DNA of 53,293 bases, taken from an uncultured Ruminococcus sp. (GTDB taxonomy: Bacteria; Bacillota; Clostridia; Oscillospirales; CAG-272). The position numbers and the translations under genes were made by a program. The notes beneath the pieces were generated by a model. That model ran no database searches and was not told the origin of the DNA. It saw nothing but the letters and a program-made list of their open reading frames with translations. Shown here piece by piece: positions 16,525 through 26,605 of the stretch. The stretch spans positions 2,519 to 55,811 of the forward strand of contig CAYWFS010000002.1 of NCBI GenBank assembly GCA_964457685.1, written 5' to 3'. The number at the start of each line of letters is the position of its first letter. The first letter of the stretch is position 1.

Positions 16525-18288
16525 TTATTTCTGCTTCATTTTGTTAATTTTTTCGTCATTCGGAGTCACATATGCAGTCCAGTTGGTGGTATAAATGACA
16601 AATCCGGGTTTTGAGCCGGCAGGTTTCTTTACTTTTGAGGCTCTTGTATAGTCAACGGGTATCATAACACCGCCCTTTGCCTTTGAATTGTATGCGGCTA
16701 TCTCTGCGGCTTCCGTAAATGTAAGCTCGTCAGGCTCCTCCGTACTGTCTTCGAGAACAAGAACAACGTGTGAACCCGGCTGATTCTTGACGTGGAACCA
16801 CCAGTCCCATCTCTGTGCCATCTTTGTGGTGAGATAATCGTTGGCGGTATTGTTTCTTCCGCAGAGAACTGTATGACCGTCCGTTGTTTTATACTTTATG
16901 ACGCTCGGTGCATTCTGCTTCTTTTCGGTGTAGTTCTTCATCTTTGAAGCATATCCGCTATGATAAAGCTCGGCTCTTATTTCGTTAAGCTCACGTTCTC
17001 CGTCTGCTCTTGTGAGAGAATCGAGAACGGTATAAACGTATTGAAGCTCATTTTCCGCAAGCTCAAGCTGCTCCGTAAGATGTATTTTCGCCGCCTTTGC
17101 CTTGTTGTACTTTTTATAATACTTCTGAGCGTTTGCGGCAGGGGTAAGTCTTTTATCGAGAGATATTTTTACGTCCTCGTAGTTTTCGCTGTAGTAGTTT
17201 TGCAGAATACAGCTTTCTTCACCACGTTTCAGTCGGTATATGTTTGCGGTGATAAGGTCTCCCCACAGCTTATATTTTTCGCCGTCCTCACACTCTTTGA
17301 GTTCATCACGCTGGAGAGACATTTTCTTTGTTATTCTCGACTCGGCATTGGTGAGAAGCTTAAAAATATCGGACGCTTTTTTGTGCAGTCTTTCTTCACG
17401 GCTTCTTTCACCGTAATATGTGTCGATAAGCTGTCCGAACGAATCAAGCTTTTCAACAACCGCACCGCTTCCGTACTGACGTATCTCACAGAAAGCGTAT
17501 TCAGTCGGAACTCCGTCCTTGTTTTTTACGATATAAGGCTCACCGCTCAAGTTTTTGATAAGCTCTCTCATCTCGAAAAACTTCTGTTTAAGTGAACGTG
17601 AAGCCTCTCTCATTGTAGCATCGGTTTTTCCGGCTGCTCTGTAAACGATTTCTCTTGCTATTATCGGTGCAATACCAGAGAAGTTCGACATTATGAATTT
17701 GTCGGCAGGTCTGTCCTCTTCGCAAGCAGATGCAAGCTCATTGAAACGTCTTTCGTCAAGCTCCTCGTCCATGGGGTCAAGCTTATCCTGCTTCGGAGGA
17801 AGCTCGTACTTCATTCCGGCAAGCACCTGTCTTTTTTCGCTTGTCGTAAAGTCTATGGATTTCAGAACACCGATTATTTTATCCTGTGCATCGGTTATGA
17901 TTATGTTGGAAAATCTTCCCATAAGCTCGCAAATAACGTGCTTCTGAGTAGGAAAACCGAAATCGTCGTGTGTATCAAACGTAAGTCTTGCCGCTCTTTC
18001 AAAGCCAAGCTGCTCCGCTCCCGCAAATCTTGCACCCTGGAAATGCTTTCTCAGCATCATACAGAACATGGGAGGTGTGGCAGGGTTCTCGAATTTAAGC
18101 GATGTCAGGTTCATTCTCGAACCGTTTCCTCCTGCCGATATATCGAGTCTGTGTTCCTCTCCGGCACATCTTATAACGAATACCGCTTCTTCCTTTGACG
18201 GCTGATATATTTTGTCAACCTTACCGTTTATAAGTTTATTGTTTATTTCCGCTACGATAAAACGCAGCATTCCGGCATCATAAGCCAT
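16525..18288 (-). CDS. rqcH: Ribosome quality-control factor RqcH (NFACT/FbpA family)
   Basis: KVDKIYQP, PPMFCMMLRKH, ELMGRFSNII, NAQKYYKKYNKAK, GRNNTAND, WFHVKNQPGSHV, VDYT. Confidence 0.93.
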   Translation of the reverse strand: MAYDAGMLRFIVAEINNKLINGKVDKIYQPSKEEAVFVIRCAGEEHRLDISAGGNGSRMNLTSLKFENPATPPMFCMMLRKHFQGARFAGAEQLGFERAARLTFDTHDDFGFPTQKHVICELMGRFSNIIITDAQDKIIGVLKSIDFTTSEKRQVLAGMKYELPPKQDKLDPMDEELDERRFNELASACEEDRPADKFIMSNFSGIAPIIAREIVYRAAGKTDATMREASRSLKQKFFEMRELIKNLSGEPYIVKNKDGVPTEYAFCEIRQYGSGAVVEKLDSFGQLIDTYYGERSREERLHKKASDIFKLLTNAESRITKKMSLQRDELKECEDGEKYKLWGDLITANIYRLKRGEESCILQNYYSENYEDVKISLDKRLTPAANAQKYYKKYNKAKAAKIHLTEQLELAENELQYVYTVLDSLTRADGERELNEIRAELYHSGYASKMKNYTEKKQNAPSVIKYKTTDGHTVLCGRNNTANDYLTTKMAQRWDWWFHVKNQPGSHVVLVLEDSTEEPDELTFTEAAEIAAYNSKAKGGVMIPVDYTRASKVKKPAGSKPGFVIYTTNWTAYVTPNDEKINKMKQK

Positions 18289-18306
18289 TTATTACCTCGT
18301 GAAATT

Positions 18307-19023
18307 TCAAAATTCTTCGTATTCTTCGCTGTCGTTTTCTCTGTAGCACACGAACGGCAGGCATTTGTCATATATCTCAAAACCGACAGCCTCCGCCGTT
18401 TTCATGGAAGCTACGTTGTCCTCGGTGCAGATATAGTTTACTTCAACTCCGTGCGACATCAGGTAGTCGGCAAGAAGTGCCACACATGAAGCGGCATATC
18501 CTCGACCTCTGTAGTTCTCTTCACACTCAACCGTAAGCTCCGCACAGCCGTTATCCTCCGATATATCGTTAAGTCCGGCAAAGCAAACTATCTTTCCTTT
18601 ATGCCTTATGACAGCCATTCTGTCGTTTTCGTCTTCCCCGTCGAGTGCAAATTCGTAAAGCGGCAAGGAGTCCCATTTTTCTCCGTCAAGCGTGGATATT
18701 ATCTCACAGTTTTCGAGTATTCTGCTTTTGCACACGTTTTTGCATCTGTATTCTATATGCACTCTGTCGGAGGCTCCCGTGCAGTCGTAACCGAACTCAT
18801 TCATTATCGGCACAAGCTTTTCGGAAAGAAAATTCTTAGCCTCCTCCGAAAACGGATTTTCAGAAAAACGGCTCTCAAACTCACGGGCAACACTCTCTGT
18901 GAACGAATAGCATACAATATCAATGCTTCCGTCACTTTTTTTGTGAAGCTCAAAAGGAAGTGCAATGTGCGATTCTTCACTGATTACATATTCCTCAAGC
19001 TCTCTGTCTTCTAATCTTATCAT
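18307..19023 (-). CDS. GNAT family N-acetyltransferase (C-terminal domain) with unknown N-terminal domain
   Basis: ENYRGRGYA motif A and N.AS..TAEAVGF motif B. Confidence 0.8.
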   Translation of the reverse strand: MIRLEDRELEEYVISEESHIALPFELHKKSDGSIDIVCYSFTESVAREFESRFSENPFSEEAKNFLSEKLVPIMNEFGYDCTGASDRVHIEYRCKNVCKSRILENCEIISTLDGEKWDSLPLYEFALDGEDENDRMAVIRHKGKIVCFAGLNDISEDNGCAELTVECEENYRGRGYAASCVALLADYLMSHGVEVNYICTEDNVASMKTAEAVGFEIYDKCLPFVCYRENDSEEYEEF

Positions 19024-19949
19024 GATAAATCTCCCAAAGCATCATCTTCGCTTCCCGAAATTACAAAGAAATAATCGGTATATCTTTCGTCAAGTCGATT
19101 GTAAACATTCTTCCCCGCACCGAAAACATCGGTAATATGTCTGTAATACGAATAAAATCCGTCAAGCTTTTCTCCTGTCACGAAATAGACCGTACTTTCG
19201 CCCGCAAACGGAAAGCTGTATTTCGTGTGCGTGTCATCGGATATGCAGTCAGACGTATAGTGAGTCTGAATGTAAAGTACCTCTGTATCCGTTGGCAGTG
19301 CGGCTTCAAGCTCATTTCCGAACTCACTTCCGTATTCGAGACAGCGTGAATCGACAACCACCATGGAGGTTCTTTCGGCAGTCACTGTCATCTCCGCTAT
19401 TCTTTCGGCAAGAGACAGCCCCTCATATTCGTTATCGGAATAATCGGCACTGTATGAAGACACCTCAAATTTGCGGTTCGGCGGCATGGTGGAATTGACG
19501 TAAAACATCTGAGCAAGATACTCTGCGTACTCGTCGCTTATTCCGCCGTCGTTTTTCAGCTTATCAAATACACGGTCGTATTTTCCCTCGTCCGTTTGAG
19601 TAAAAAGTATATTCGTTATCGAAAGAGGGAGAAGTTCGAGGTCAAGCACTATATCTGATATGTTGTTATACTGCTTTACAAAGCGTGTGAAGTGACCGAG
19701 CATTCCGTAAGTCTCGGGAACATTGCCGTCAACTCCGATTACTATAATGTCAGCGGAAGCGGTCTCGGCACGCATATCGTAATAAGCGGCGTAGGTGTTG
19801 CTGTCGGTTTTTATTTTTTCGGCAGACACTCTCACAAATACGGGAAGCATTTTTTCCATACCGCTTTGCGTAAAAAACAACTGAAACGCTCCCTGCAATA
19901 CCGCAATCGCAAGTCCGAAAATAATAATATTACGAGCCGTTCTTCTCAC
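19020..19949 (-). CDS. Membrane-anchored hypothetical protein, possibly degenerate erythromycin-esterase-like fold
   Basis: GTG start after GGAGG; N-terminal TM; 4-nt overlap with the GNAT gene; pattern similarity only. Confidence 0.6.
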   Translation of the reverse strand: MRRTARNIIIFGLAIAVLQGAFQLFFTQSGMEKMLPVFVRVSAEKIKTDSNTYAAYYDMRAETASADIIVIGVDGNVPETYGMLGHFTRFVKQYNNISDIVLDLELLPLSITNILFTQTDEGKYDRVFDKLKNDGGISDEYAEYLAQMFYVNSTMPPNRKFEVSSYSADYSDNEYEGLSLAERIAEMTVTAERTSMVVVDSRCLEYGSEFGNELEAALPTDTEVLYIQTHYTSDCISDDTHTKYSFPFAGESTVYFVTGEKLDGFYSYYRHITDVFGAGKNVYNRLDERYTDYFFVISGSEDDALGDLS

Positions 19950-19977
19950 ATTGACCTCCGAAGAAATGTTTTATTAT

Positions 19978-20006
19978 ATTTTAGCTTATTTCCGCTGTAA
20001 AATCAA
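19978..20006 (-). promoter_or_regulatory. sigma-A-like promoter for the hypothetical-GNAT-rqcH unit
   Basis: TTGATT-17 nt-TAAAAT. Confidence 0.45.
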
Positions 20007-20202
20007 TATCATTTCACAAATTAACGTACAAGCGACAACGGCAATGCGACATTTCCCCGCGTAAATATAAAATGTTACAATTATTAATAATCTCGTGTGG
20101 AATTACGGATGAATATATGATATAATATATCGTATGTACACTGAAACAAGTGTGCCTGATAAGGAATTATCTCTCATCAGAGATACAGAAAGGACTGATA
20201 TT

Positions 20203-22635
20203 ATGCCAAGATATATAGAAAAAGTCGAATCACTCACGCTTCCGGTAATTCCGCTCCGTGGTGTTGTTGCCTTTCCGTCTATTCCGGTCAATTTCGAGCT
20301 TGAACGTGAAATTTCCAAAAAAGCTTGTCAGGCGGCTCTTTCGTCGAATATGCTTGTTTTTCTTCTCACTCAGAAGGACACCTCTGTTGACGAACCCTCC
20401 GACGGCGATTTTTATAAAATAGGCTGTGTTGCTCAGATAAAGCAGACGCTCACAAAGAATCAGGACGGCAATATCCGTGTTATAGCGGAGGGTTACTGCC
20501 GTGCAGAGGTCGTTCGACTCAATCACGACCGAGACTACATAACGGCGGAGGTTCTCTCAAAAACTCTTACCGCCGATACGGGAGTTCTCGACATTCGTGC
20601 GGAGGCTCTTACAAACGAGGCTCTTAACACGCTTGACGAGATGGTACAGTTCCATCCCACATTCTCAAACGACTACATGACTACCGCCGCTTCCATAAAC
20701 AATCCCGGCCTTCTTGCGGACTTCATTGCTTCAAGTATGTTCGTGCGTTACCAGGATAAGGCGGCGGTTCTTGAAATGTTCGACCCCTTAAAGCGTCTCG
20801 AAAAGACTATCGTGCTTATGGAAAGCGAAATGAAGCTTCTCCGCACAGAGGTCGAGATTCAGCGTAAGGTAAAAGAAGCGATTGACGAAAACCAGCGTGA
20901 CTTCTACCTCAGAGAACAGCTCAAGGCAATAGAATCCGAGCTTGGTATTGACGAAGATACCGATGAGCTTGAAAAGAAAATGGCAAAGCTCAATCTCCCC
21001 GAGGAAGTAATAGAAAGACTCGAAAAAGAGATAATGAAGCTCGGTAAAACTCCTCAGGGTTCACCCGATGCCGCTGTTATCCGCAACTACATCGACACCT
21101 GCCTTGATATTCCGTGGAACAAAAAGACACATGACAGAGTTGACATCGAAGCCGCACGAAAGATTCTCGACGCAGACCATGACGGACTTGAAAAGATAAA
21201 GGACAGAATCCTCGAATATCTTGCGGTAAAGCAGCTCAATCCGGAGCTTAAAAACCAGATAATCTGCTTTGTCGGACCTCCCGGAGTCGGAAAAACCTCT
21301 CTCGGTGCGTCTATTGCCCGTGCGATGAAGCGTAAATATGTGAGAGTTTCCCTCGGCGGTATCCGTGACGAAAGCGACATACGAGGTCACAGAAAGACCT
21401 ATGTAGGCTCCATGCCCGGCAGAATCATCACGGCTCTTACACAGTGCGGCTCTCTCAACCCCGTAATGCTTCTCGATGAAGTTGACAAAATGTGTTCCGA
21501 TGTTCACGGCGACCCTGCCTCCGCACTTCTCGAGGTACTTGACGGCGAACAGAACAAGTCATTCAGAGACCACTTCATTGAGCTTCCCGTTGACCTCTCC
21601 GACTGTATGTTTATAGCAACGGCAAATACACTCGACACCATTCCCCGCCCTCTCCTCGACCGTATGGAAGTCATTGAGCTTCACACCTACACTCCGTCCG
21701 AAAAGCTGGCAATCGCAAAGCACCATCTCTATCCCAAACAGCTGAAGCGTCACGGACTCAACAAGCGTATGCTCAAGCTTTCCGACGAAGCTATTCAGGA
21801 AATCATCTCCGGCTATACTCGTGAATCCGGTGTTCGTAATCTCGAACGTGAGCTTGGTTCCGTCTGCCGTAAGAGTGCAAAGGCGATAGTTGAAGGAAAG
21901 GTAAAGTCTGTTACCGTCGGCAAGGATGATATTGAAAAGCTCCTCGGTCCTCGTAAGATAATTGACGATTCTGTTGCCGCAAACGACCTTGTAGGTGTTA
22001 CAAACGGTCTCGCTTATACGGAAGTCGGCGGAGATATGCTCAAAGTAGAGGTACTTGCGGTTGACGGAGTTGGAAAAATAGAGCTTACAGGTACTCTCGG
22101 TGACGTTATGAAGGAATCCGCAAGAATTGCCGTAACCTACATAAGAGCAAACGCAGACAAATTCGGTATCGACAAAAATTTCTACAAGACAAAGGATATT
22201 CACATCCATGTTCCCGAAGGTGCTGTTCCGAAAGACGGTCCCAGTGCCGGTGTTACAATGACAACCTCACTTGTAAGTGCATTGTCGGGTCTTAAAGTAC
22301 GTCACGATATTGCAATGACGGGTGAAATAACTCTGACAGGTCGTGTACTTGCGATAGGCGGTCTTCGTGAAAAATCAACGGCGGCTTACACAATGGGTAT
22401 TCGCACACTTCTTATACCGAAAGAAAATATGCGTGACATAGCGGAACTTGACGAGGTGGTTCGCAACGAAGTAAAATTCATCCCCTGCGAAACCTTAAAT
22501 GATGTTCTCGAAAATGCACTTATTTTCACGGACAACACATCAGAGGCTATTTCAGACAGCTCTCAGGAAAAGAATGACGGAATAACAGGTATACTCTCCT
22601 CTCAAAGCAACACAAGAGTATACGGAAACAACTGA
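20203..22635 (+). CDS. lon: ATP-dependent Lon protease
   Basis: LPVIPLR, GPPGVGKTS, RGHRKTYVG, LLDEVDK, PKDGPSAG (catalytic Ser), GGLREK; start set at ATG 20203 after GAAAGGA (alternative 20134). Confidence 0.97.
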   Translation: MPRYIEKVESLTLPVIPLRGVVAFPSIPVNFELEREISKKACQAALSSNMLVFLLTQKDTSVDEPSDGDFYKIGCVAQIKQTLTKNQDGNIRVIAEGYCRAEVVRLNHDRDYITAEVLSKTLTADTGVLDIRAEALTNEALNTLDEMVQFHPTFSNDYMTTAASINNPGLLADFIASSMFVRYQDKAAVLEMFDPLKRLEKTIVLMESEMKLLRTEVEIQRKVKEAIDENQRDFYLREQLKAIESELGIDEDTDELEKKMAKLNLPEEVIERLEKEIMKLGKTPQGSPDAAVIRNYIDTCLDIPWNKKTHDRVDIEAARKILDADHDGLEKIKDRILEYLAVKQLNPELKNQIICFVGPPGVGKTSLGASIARAMKRKYVRVSLGGIRDESDIRGHRKTYVGSMPGRIITALTQCGSLNPVMLLDEVDKMCSDVHGDPASALLEVLDGEQNKSFRDHFIELPVDLSDCMFIATANTLDTIPRPLLDRMEVIELHTYTPSEKLAIAKHHLYPKQLKRHGLNKRMLKLSDEAIQEIISGYTRESGVRNLERELGSVCRKSAKAIVEGKVKSVTVGKDDIEKLLGPRKIIDDSVAANDLVGVTNGLAYTEVGGDMLKVEVLAVDGVGKIELTGTLGDVMKESARIAVTYIRANADKFGIDKNFYKTKDIHIHVPEGAVPKDGPSAGVTMTTSLVSALSGLKVRHDIAMTGEITLTGRVLAIGGLREKSTAAYTMGIRTLLIPKENMRDIAELDEVVRNEVKFIPCETLNDVLENALIFTDNTSEAISDSSQEKNDGITGILSSQSNTRVYGNN

Positions 22636-22648
22636 CAGGAAAACTTAA

Positions 22649-23248
22649 ATGAAACCAAATCTTAATAATGTATCCTTGAAGATGTCTGCCGGAATGGTGA
22701 AGCAGTTCCCTGCCGACAGAATACCTCAGGTAGCTTTTTCGGGTCGCTCAAACGTGGGAAAAAGCTCTCTTATAAACTCTCTTCTCGGAAGAAAAAACCT
22801 TGCAAGAGTCAGCGGAGAACCCGGAAAAACAATCACAATAAACTTCTACGATATAGACAAGAAGCTGTACCTCGTTGACCTTCCCGGCTACGGTTATGCT
22901 AAAAGAACCTACGAGGATAAGCAGAAGTGGTCGGCTCTCACGGACGGCTTCTTCACGAACAACGAAAATATCGACTCGCTCCGTCTTGTTTGCCAGCTCA
23001 TAGATTCTCGCACGGGTCCCACACAGGACGACTGCGATATGCTTTATTATATGCGTGAGACAGAGCTTCCTCATATAATAGTGGCAACAAAGACGGACAA
23101 GCTCAATGCAACCGAAAAGCGTAAATTCGACGAAATTATTGCCGAAAATGAGCTTACACGAGACCTTACCGTAATCAAATATTCTTCAAAGACAAACCTC
23201 GGACGCGACGATCTCTGGAAACAATTTTACGAATACTGTAATCTTTAA
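22649..23248 (+). CDS. engB: Ribosome biogenesis GTPase YihA/YsxC
   Basis: GRSNVGKSS, PGKT, DLPGYG, TKTDK; follows lon. Confidence 0.95.
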   Translation: MKPNLNNVSLKMSAGMVKQFPADRIPQVAFSGRSNVGKSSLINSLLGRKNLARVSGEPGKTITINFYDIDKKLYLVDLPGYGYAKRTYEDKQKWSALTDGFFTNNENIDSLRLVCQLIDSRTGPTQDDCDMLYYMRETELPHIIVATKTDKLNATEKRKFDEIIAENELTRDLTVIKYSSKTNLGRDDLWKQFYEYCNL

Positions 23249-23269
23249 AAAACCGGGAGACGTAGTTAA

Positions 23270-23932
23270 TTGAACCATTTCAGCACAAGCACGCTCATAG
23301 AATTTCTTTATGTGATTCCATGCGTTCTCATCGCACTCACATTTCATGAATTTGCACACGGATATATGGCATATAAGCTCGGAGACCCGACTGCGAAAAA
23401 TCTCGGCAGACTGACTCTGAACCCACTGAAGCATCTTGACCCAATAGGTGCGATCTGTATGCTGCTTTTCCACTTCGGATGGGCAAAACCCGTTCCGATA
23501 AACTCACGCTATTTTAAAAAGCCCAGACGTGATATGGCTCTTACAGCGGCTGCCGGACCGATAATGAACTTCATTCTTGCATTTCTCGGAGTTTTGATTT
23601 ATCGTCTCCTGTACAAGCTGTTCGTAGCCTTTCCGCCAAGCTCGGAATTTGTATATTATCTGCAATATTCCGCACTTACTCTTTTCTCGTATTTCCATAT
23701 GCTGAATCTTTCCCTCGGCATATTCAATCTGATTCCGCTTCCGCCTCTTGACGGTTCGAGAATATTCTATATTTTCCTCCCTCCGAAGTGGTATTTCGGA
23801 ATTATGAAGTACGAGCGTTATATCCAGCTTGCAATCCTTGTTCTTCTTTGGACGGGTATGCTCACCACTCCTCTTTCCGCGGCTGTATCTGCTGTGTCGA
23901 GAGGAATGCAGTGGCTTGTTTCATGGATATAA
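23270..23932 (+). CDS. Site-2 protease (peptidase M50)
   Basis: HEFAH, AAGPIMN, FNLIPLPPLDG; hydrophobic. Confidence 0.92.
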   Translation: MNHFSTSTLIEFLYVIPCVLIALTFHEFAHGYMAYKLGDPTAKNLGRLTLNPLKHLDPIGAICMLLFHFGWAKPVPINSRYFKKPRRDMALTAAAGPIMNFILAFLGVLIYRLLYKLFVAFPPSSEFVYYLQYSALTLFSYFHMLNLSLGIFNLIPLPPLDGSRIFYIFLPPKWYFGIMKYERYIQLAILVLLWTGMLTTPLSAAVSAVSRGMQWLVSWI

Positions 23933-23960
23933 GCATCTCCCCGAAAGGACTGACATCGGT

Positions 23961-24737
23961 TTGGAAAACACTATAAACTATAAATTCGAGCTTTTTGAAG
24001 GTCCTCTCGAGCTTCTTCTGACTCTTGTCGATAAGCACAAGATGAAGATAGACGACATTCCGATAGACCTGCTTTGTGAGCAGTACATGAGCTATATACA
24101 TGAAGCTCAGATGTACAACATTGACCTTGCCTGCGAATTTACCTATATGGCAAGCGAGCTTATGCTTATAAAAAGCCGTATGCTTCTGCCGAGAGACGAA
24201 AAGAAGGATGAAGACCCGAGAAAACCTCTCGTTGATGCAATGCGAGAATATCAAAAAACCAAGCTTGCGGCATCTGAGCTTTCCGATATGTACGGCGAAT
24301 TCAGCGGACGCATGGTAAAGGAACAGGATGAAATAGAAAAGGACAGAACCTACGTTGCACCTCATTCCGTGGAGCTTCTTCGTGCGGCTTTTGTCCACGT
24401 TCTCACAGAGACTAAACTGACCGAAAAAACGGTTCGTGAAAAATTCTCGGAGATAGTCAACGCACCACGAATTCCCGTAGGAGAGCTTATGACCTCTCTT
24501 ATCGGACGACTGAAAAACGAAAACGTCTACCTTGACGAATATTTCAGAGCTTCATCGGGACGTTCTGAGATTGTCGGCAAATTCATCGGGGTGCTTGAGC
24601 TTATCAAAAGTAAAATTGTATCCGTTGAGGAAAGTCTTTCTGACGACGGAGTTACCGACATGGCATCTCACATAGTTGTAAGACTTATCGGCAACGATGA
24701 AGACATAAAGAACGCATCCCTCGACGTATATCAGTAA
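23961..24737 (+). CDS. scpA: Segregation and condensation protein A
   Basis: FEGPLELLL, MASELMLIKSRMLLP, F.GVLEL; TTG start at 23961 after GAAAGGA. Confidence 0.92.
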   Translation: MENTINYKFELFEGPLELLLTLVDKHKMKIDDIPIDLLCEQYMSYIHEAQMYNIDLACEFTYMASELMLIKSRMLLPRDEKKDEDPRKPLVDAMREYQKTKLAASELSDMYGEFSGRMVKEQDEIEKDRTYVAPHSVELLRAAFVHVLTETKLTEKTVREKFSEIVNAPRIPVGELMTSLIGRLKNENVYLDEYFRASSGRSEIVGKFIGVLELIKSKIVSVEESLSDDGVTDMASHIVVRLIGNDEDIKNASLDVYQ

Positions 24738-24751
24738 AACATCAGGTATTT

Positions 24752-25357
24752 ATGACAAACAACGAAAATCCGACGGCAGAAAACTTTGCTGTCATTGAAG
24801 CCTGCCTTTTTGCCGCAGGACATCCGCTGACCTATTCACGTCTCGGTGAGGTTCTCGGAACAAATGCGGAAAGCTGTGCGGATATTGTCGAAAAAATGGC
24901 GGCGGTATACAACAGCGAATCAAGCAGAGGAATAATCCTTGTAAGATACCCCGACTCCTGCCAGCTTTGCACAAAGGAAAAATATGCCGCCGATATAAAA
25001 ACCGCTCTCGGAATGAAGCGAGGCGGAAATCTTTCGCAATCTCTGCTCGAAGTTCTTGCGGTTATTGCTTACAATCAGCCTGCAACACGTGCCTTTGTTG
25101 ACACTGTGCGAGGGGTAGATTCAAGCTATGCCGTAAATATGCTTCAGGAAAAGAACCTTATTGAGCCTTGCGGAAAGCTTGATTCCCCGGGACATCCTAC
25201 GCTGTTTAAAACCACGAACGATTTTCTCAGGGTATTCGGGATAAATTCCCTCGATGAGCTTCCCACAGTCACCGTAAAAAGCGACACGGGAGAGGATATA
25301 AAAATTTCCCCGAAAGAGGAAGAAATAATAATCGAAGAAAGCGAAGAAAAGGAGTGA
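24752..25357 (+). CDS. scpB: Segregation and condensation protein B
   Basis: IEACLFAAG, LEVLAVIAYNQP, RGVDS, TTNDFLRVFG. Confidence 0.95.
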   Translation: MTNNENPTAENFAVIEACLFAAGHPLTYSRLGEVLGTNAESCADIVEKMAAVYNSESSRGIILVRYPDSCQLCTKEKYAADIKTALGMKRGGNLSQSLLEVLAVIAYNQPATRAFVDTVRGVDSSYAVNMLQEKNLIEPCGKLDSPGHPTLFKTTNDFLRVFGINSLDELPTVTVKSDTGEDIKISPKEEEIIIEESEEKE

Positions 25358-25361
25358 TAGC

Positions 25362-26039
25362 ATGGTTTTTCTGCGGATAGTTATCGTATTAGCTGTTCTC
25401 ATAATAATTTTGCTATCCATGAATCTAAAGCTGCACTTGAAAATATCCGATACCGCTACCGTTGTTCGTGCAGGTGTCGGTCCTATTGTACTGAAGCTCG
25501 TTCCGCAAAGGAAAAAGAAGCTACGACTGAAGGACTACACATATAAAAACTTTCACAAGCGTCTCGAAAAAGAAAAGAAGAAGACCGAAAAGAAAAAAAA
25601 GCTCACCGCCGAAAAAAAGAAAACCTCTGAGCTAAAGCAAAAGGCCGCCGAGGTCAGTGACAGCTCAAAGGGCAGCGAAGAAAAGCTTTTTTCTGTCTCA
25701 TCCGTCGTAGAGCTTGTCACAACGGAATTTCCCAAGCTTTCGTCGAGACTGCAAATAAACATAAAAAAGCTTTCGGTAACCGTCGGAGGAGATGATGCGG
25801 CAAACATAGCTATCACTTACGGACGGCTTGAAGCTTTAATCGGAGCTATGCTCGCACTTCTCGACGAAAACACATCGCTTAAACCGCTGAACAACGGTGC
25901 GGTAAATGTGCAGGCTGATTTTCTTTCGCCGAAAACGAAATTAGAGCTTGACGCTTCGGTAAAAATAAGCGTACTCTCTATTTTGAAAACAGCCTTTGCA
26001 GCTCTTGTTTGGCTCATAAAAAACAAATCATCCAAATAA
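25362..26039 (+). CDS. DUF2953/YtfI-like membrane-anchored protein
   Basis: N-terminal TM, GGDDAANIAITYG motif, position between scpB and ytfJ. Confidence 0.7.
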   Translation: MVFLRIVIVLAVLIIILLSMNLKLHLKISDTATVVRAGVGPIVLKLVPQRKKKLRLKDYTYKNFHKRLEKEKKKTEKKKKLTAEKKKTSELKQKAAEVSDSSKGSEEKLFSVSSVVELVTTEFPKLSSRLQINIKKLSVTVGGDDAANIAITYGRLEALIGAMLALLDENTSLKPLNNGAVNVQADFLSPKTKLELDASVKISVLSILKTAFAALVWLIKNKSSK

Positions 26040-26090
26040 TTAACGCAAAAACAACATATATAATGATACCCAGTATCAACGGAGGTCAAT

Positions 26091-26513
26091 ATGGCAGATA
26101 ACACCAACAAACTCGGAGACATGACGAAATCCTCGCTTGAATCTATCAAAGCCATGCTCGACGCCAACACCATTATAGGCGATCCGATTCAAACTCCACA
26201 GGGAACGACAATCATTCCGATTTCTAAAATCACCGTAGGCTATGCGTCAGGAGGGCTTGATTACACCAAAGCCAACCAGAACACCAAGGGCAACTTCGGC
26301 GGTGGCGGCGGAACAGGAATTACCGTAACTCCCGTTGCATTTCTCGTAGTCGGTCAGAACGGTCAGGTTGATATTCTCAACGTAAACACTCCCACACAGT
26401 CCGGAAGTGCCGATACGGTTTCGTCAGTTGTAGGCTTCCTTGAGCGTTCTCCCGAGCTTATCGAAAAGATAAAATCCATATTCGGTAAGAAAAACGAAGA
26501 AAACGACATTTGA
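26091..26513 (+). CDS. ytfJ: Sporulation protein YtfJ (GerW family)
   Basis: DANTIIGDPI, IIPISKITVGYASGG, FGGGGGTG..VTPVAFL. Confidence 0.92.
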   Translation: MADNTNKLGDMTKSSLESIKAMLDANTIIGDPIQTPQGTTIIPISKITVGYASGGLDYTKANQNTKGNFGGGGGTGITVTPVAFLVVGQNGQVDILNVNTPTQSGSADTVSSVVGFLERSPELIEKIKSIFGKKNEENDI

Positions 26514-26605
26514 CATTTTAGTAAAATGAGTAAAAACATTCATGTTATAAAAAGCATATTCCCCGGGGAATAATTCTTTATGAAAACCTTTCATGCGGAG
26601 AATAT

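Noticed and set aside
20188-20205. Recurrent GAAAGGACTGA upstream of lon, scpA and trmN6
   Set aside because: Position and spacing fit an extended Shine-Dalgarno, not an operator
26514-26605. Sporulation sigma-factor promoter before the DD-carboxypeptidase
   Set aside because: GCATA/CATA-like elements are present, but the spacing could not be fitted convincingly to sigma E, F or G
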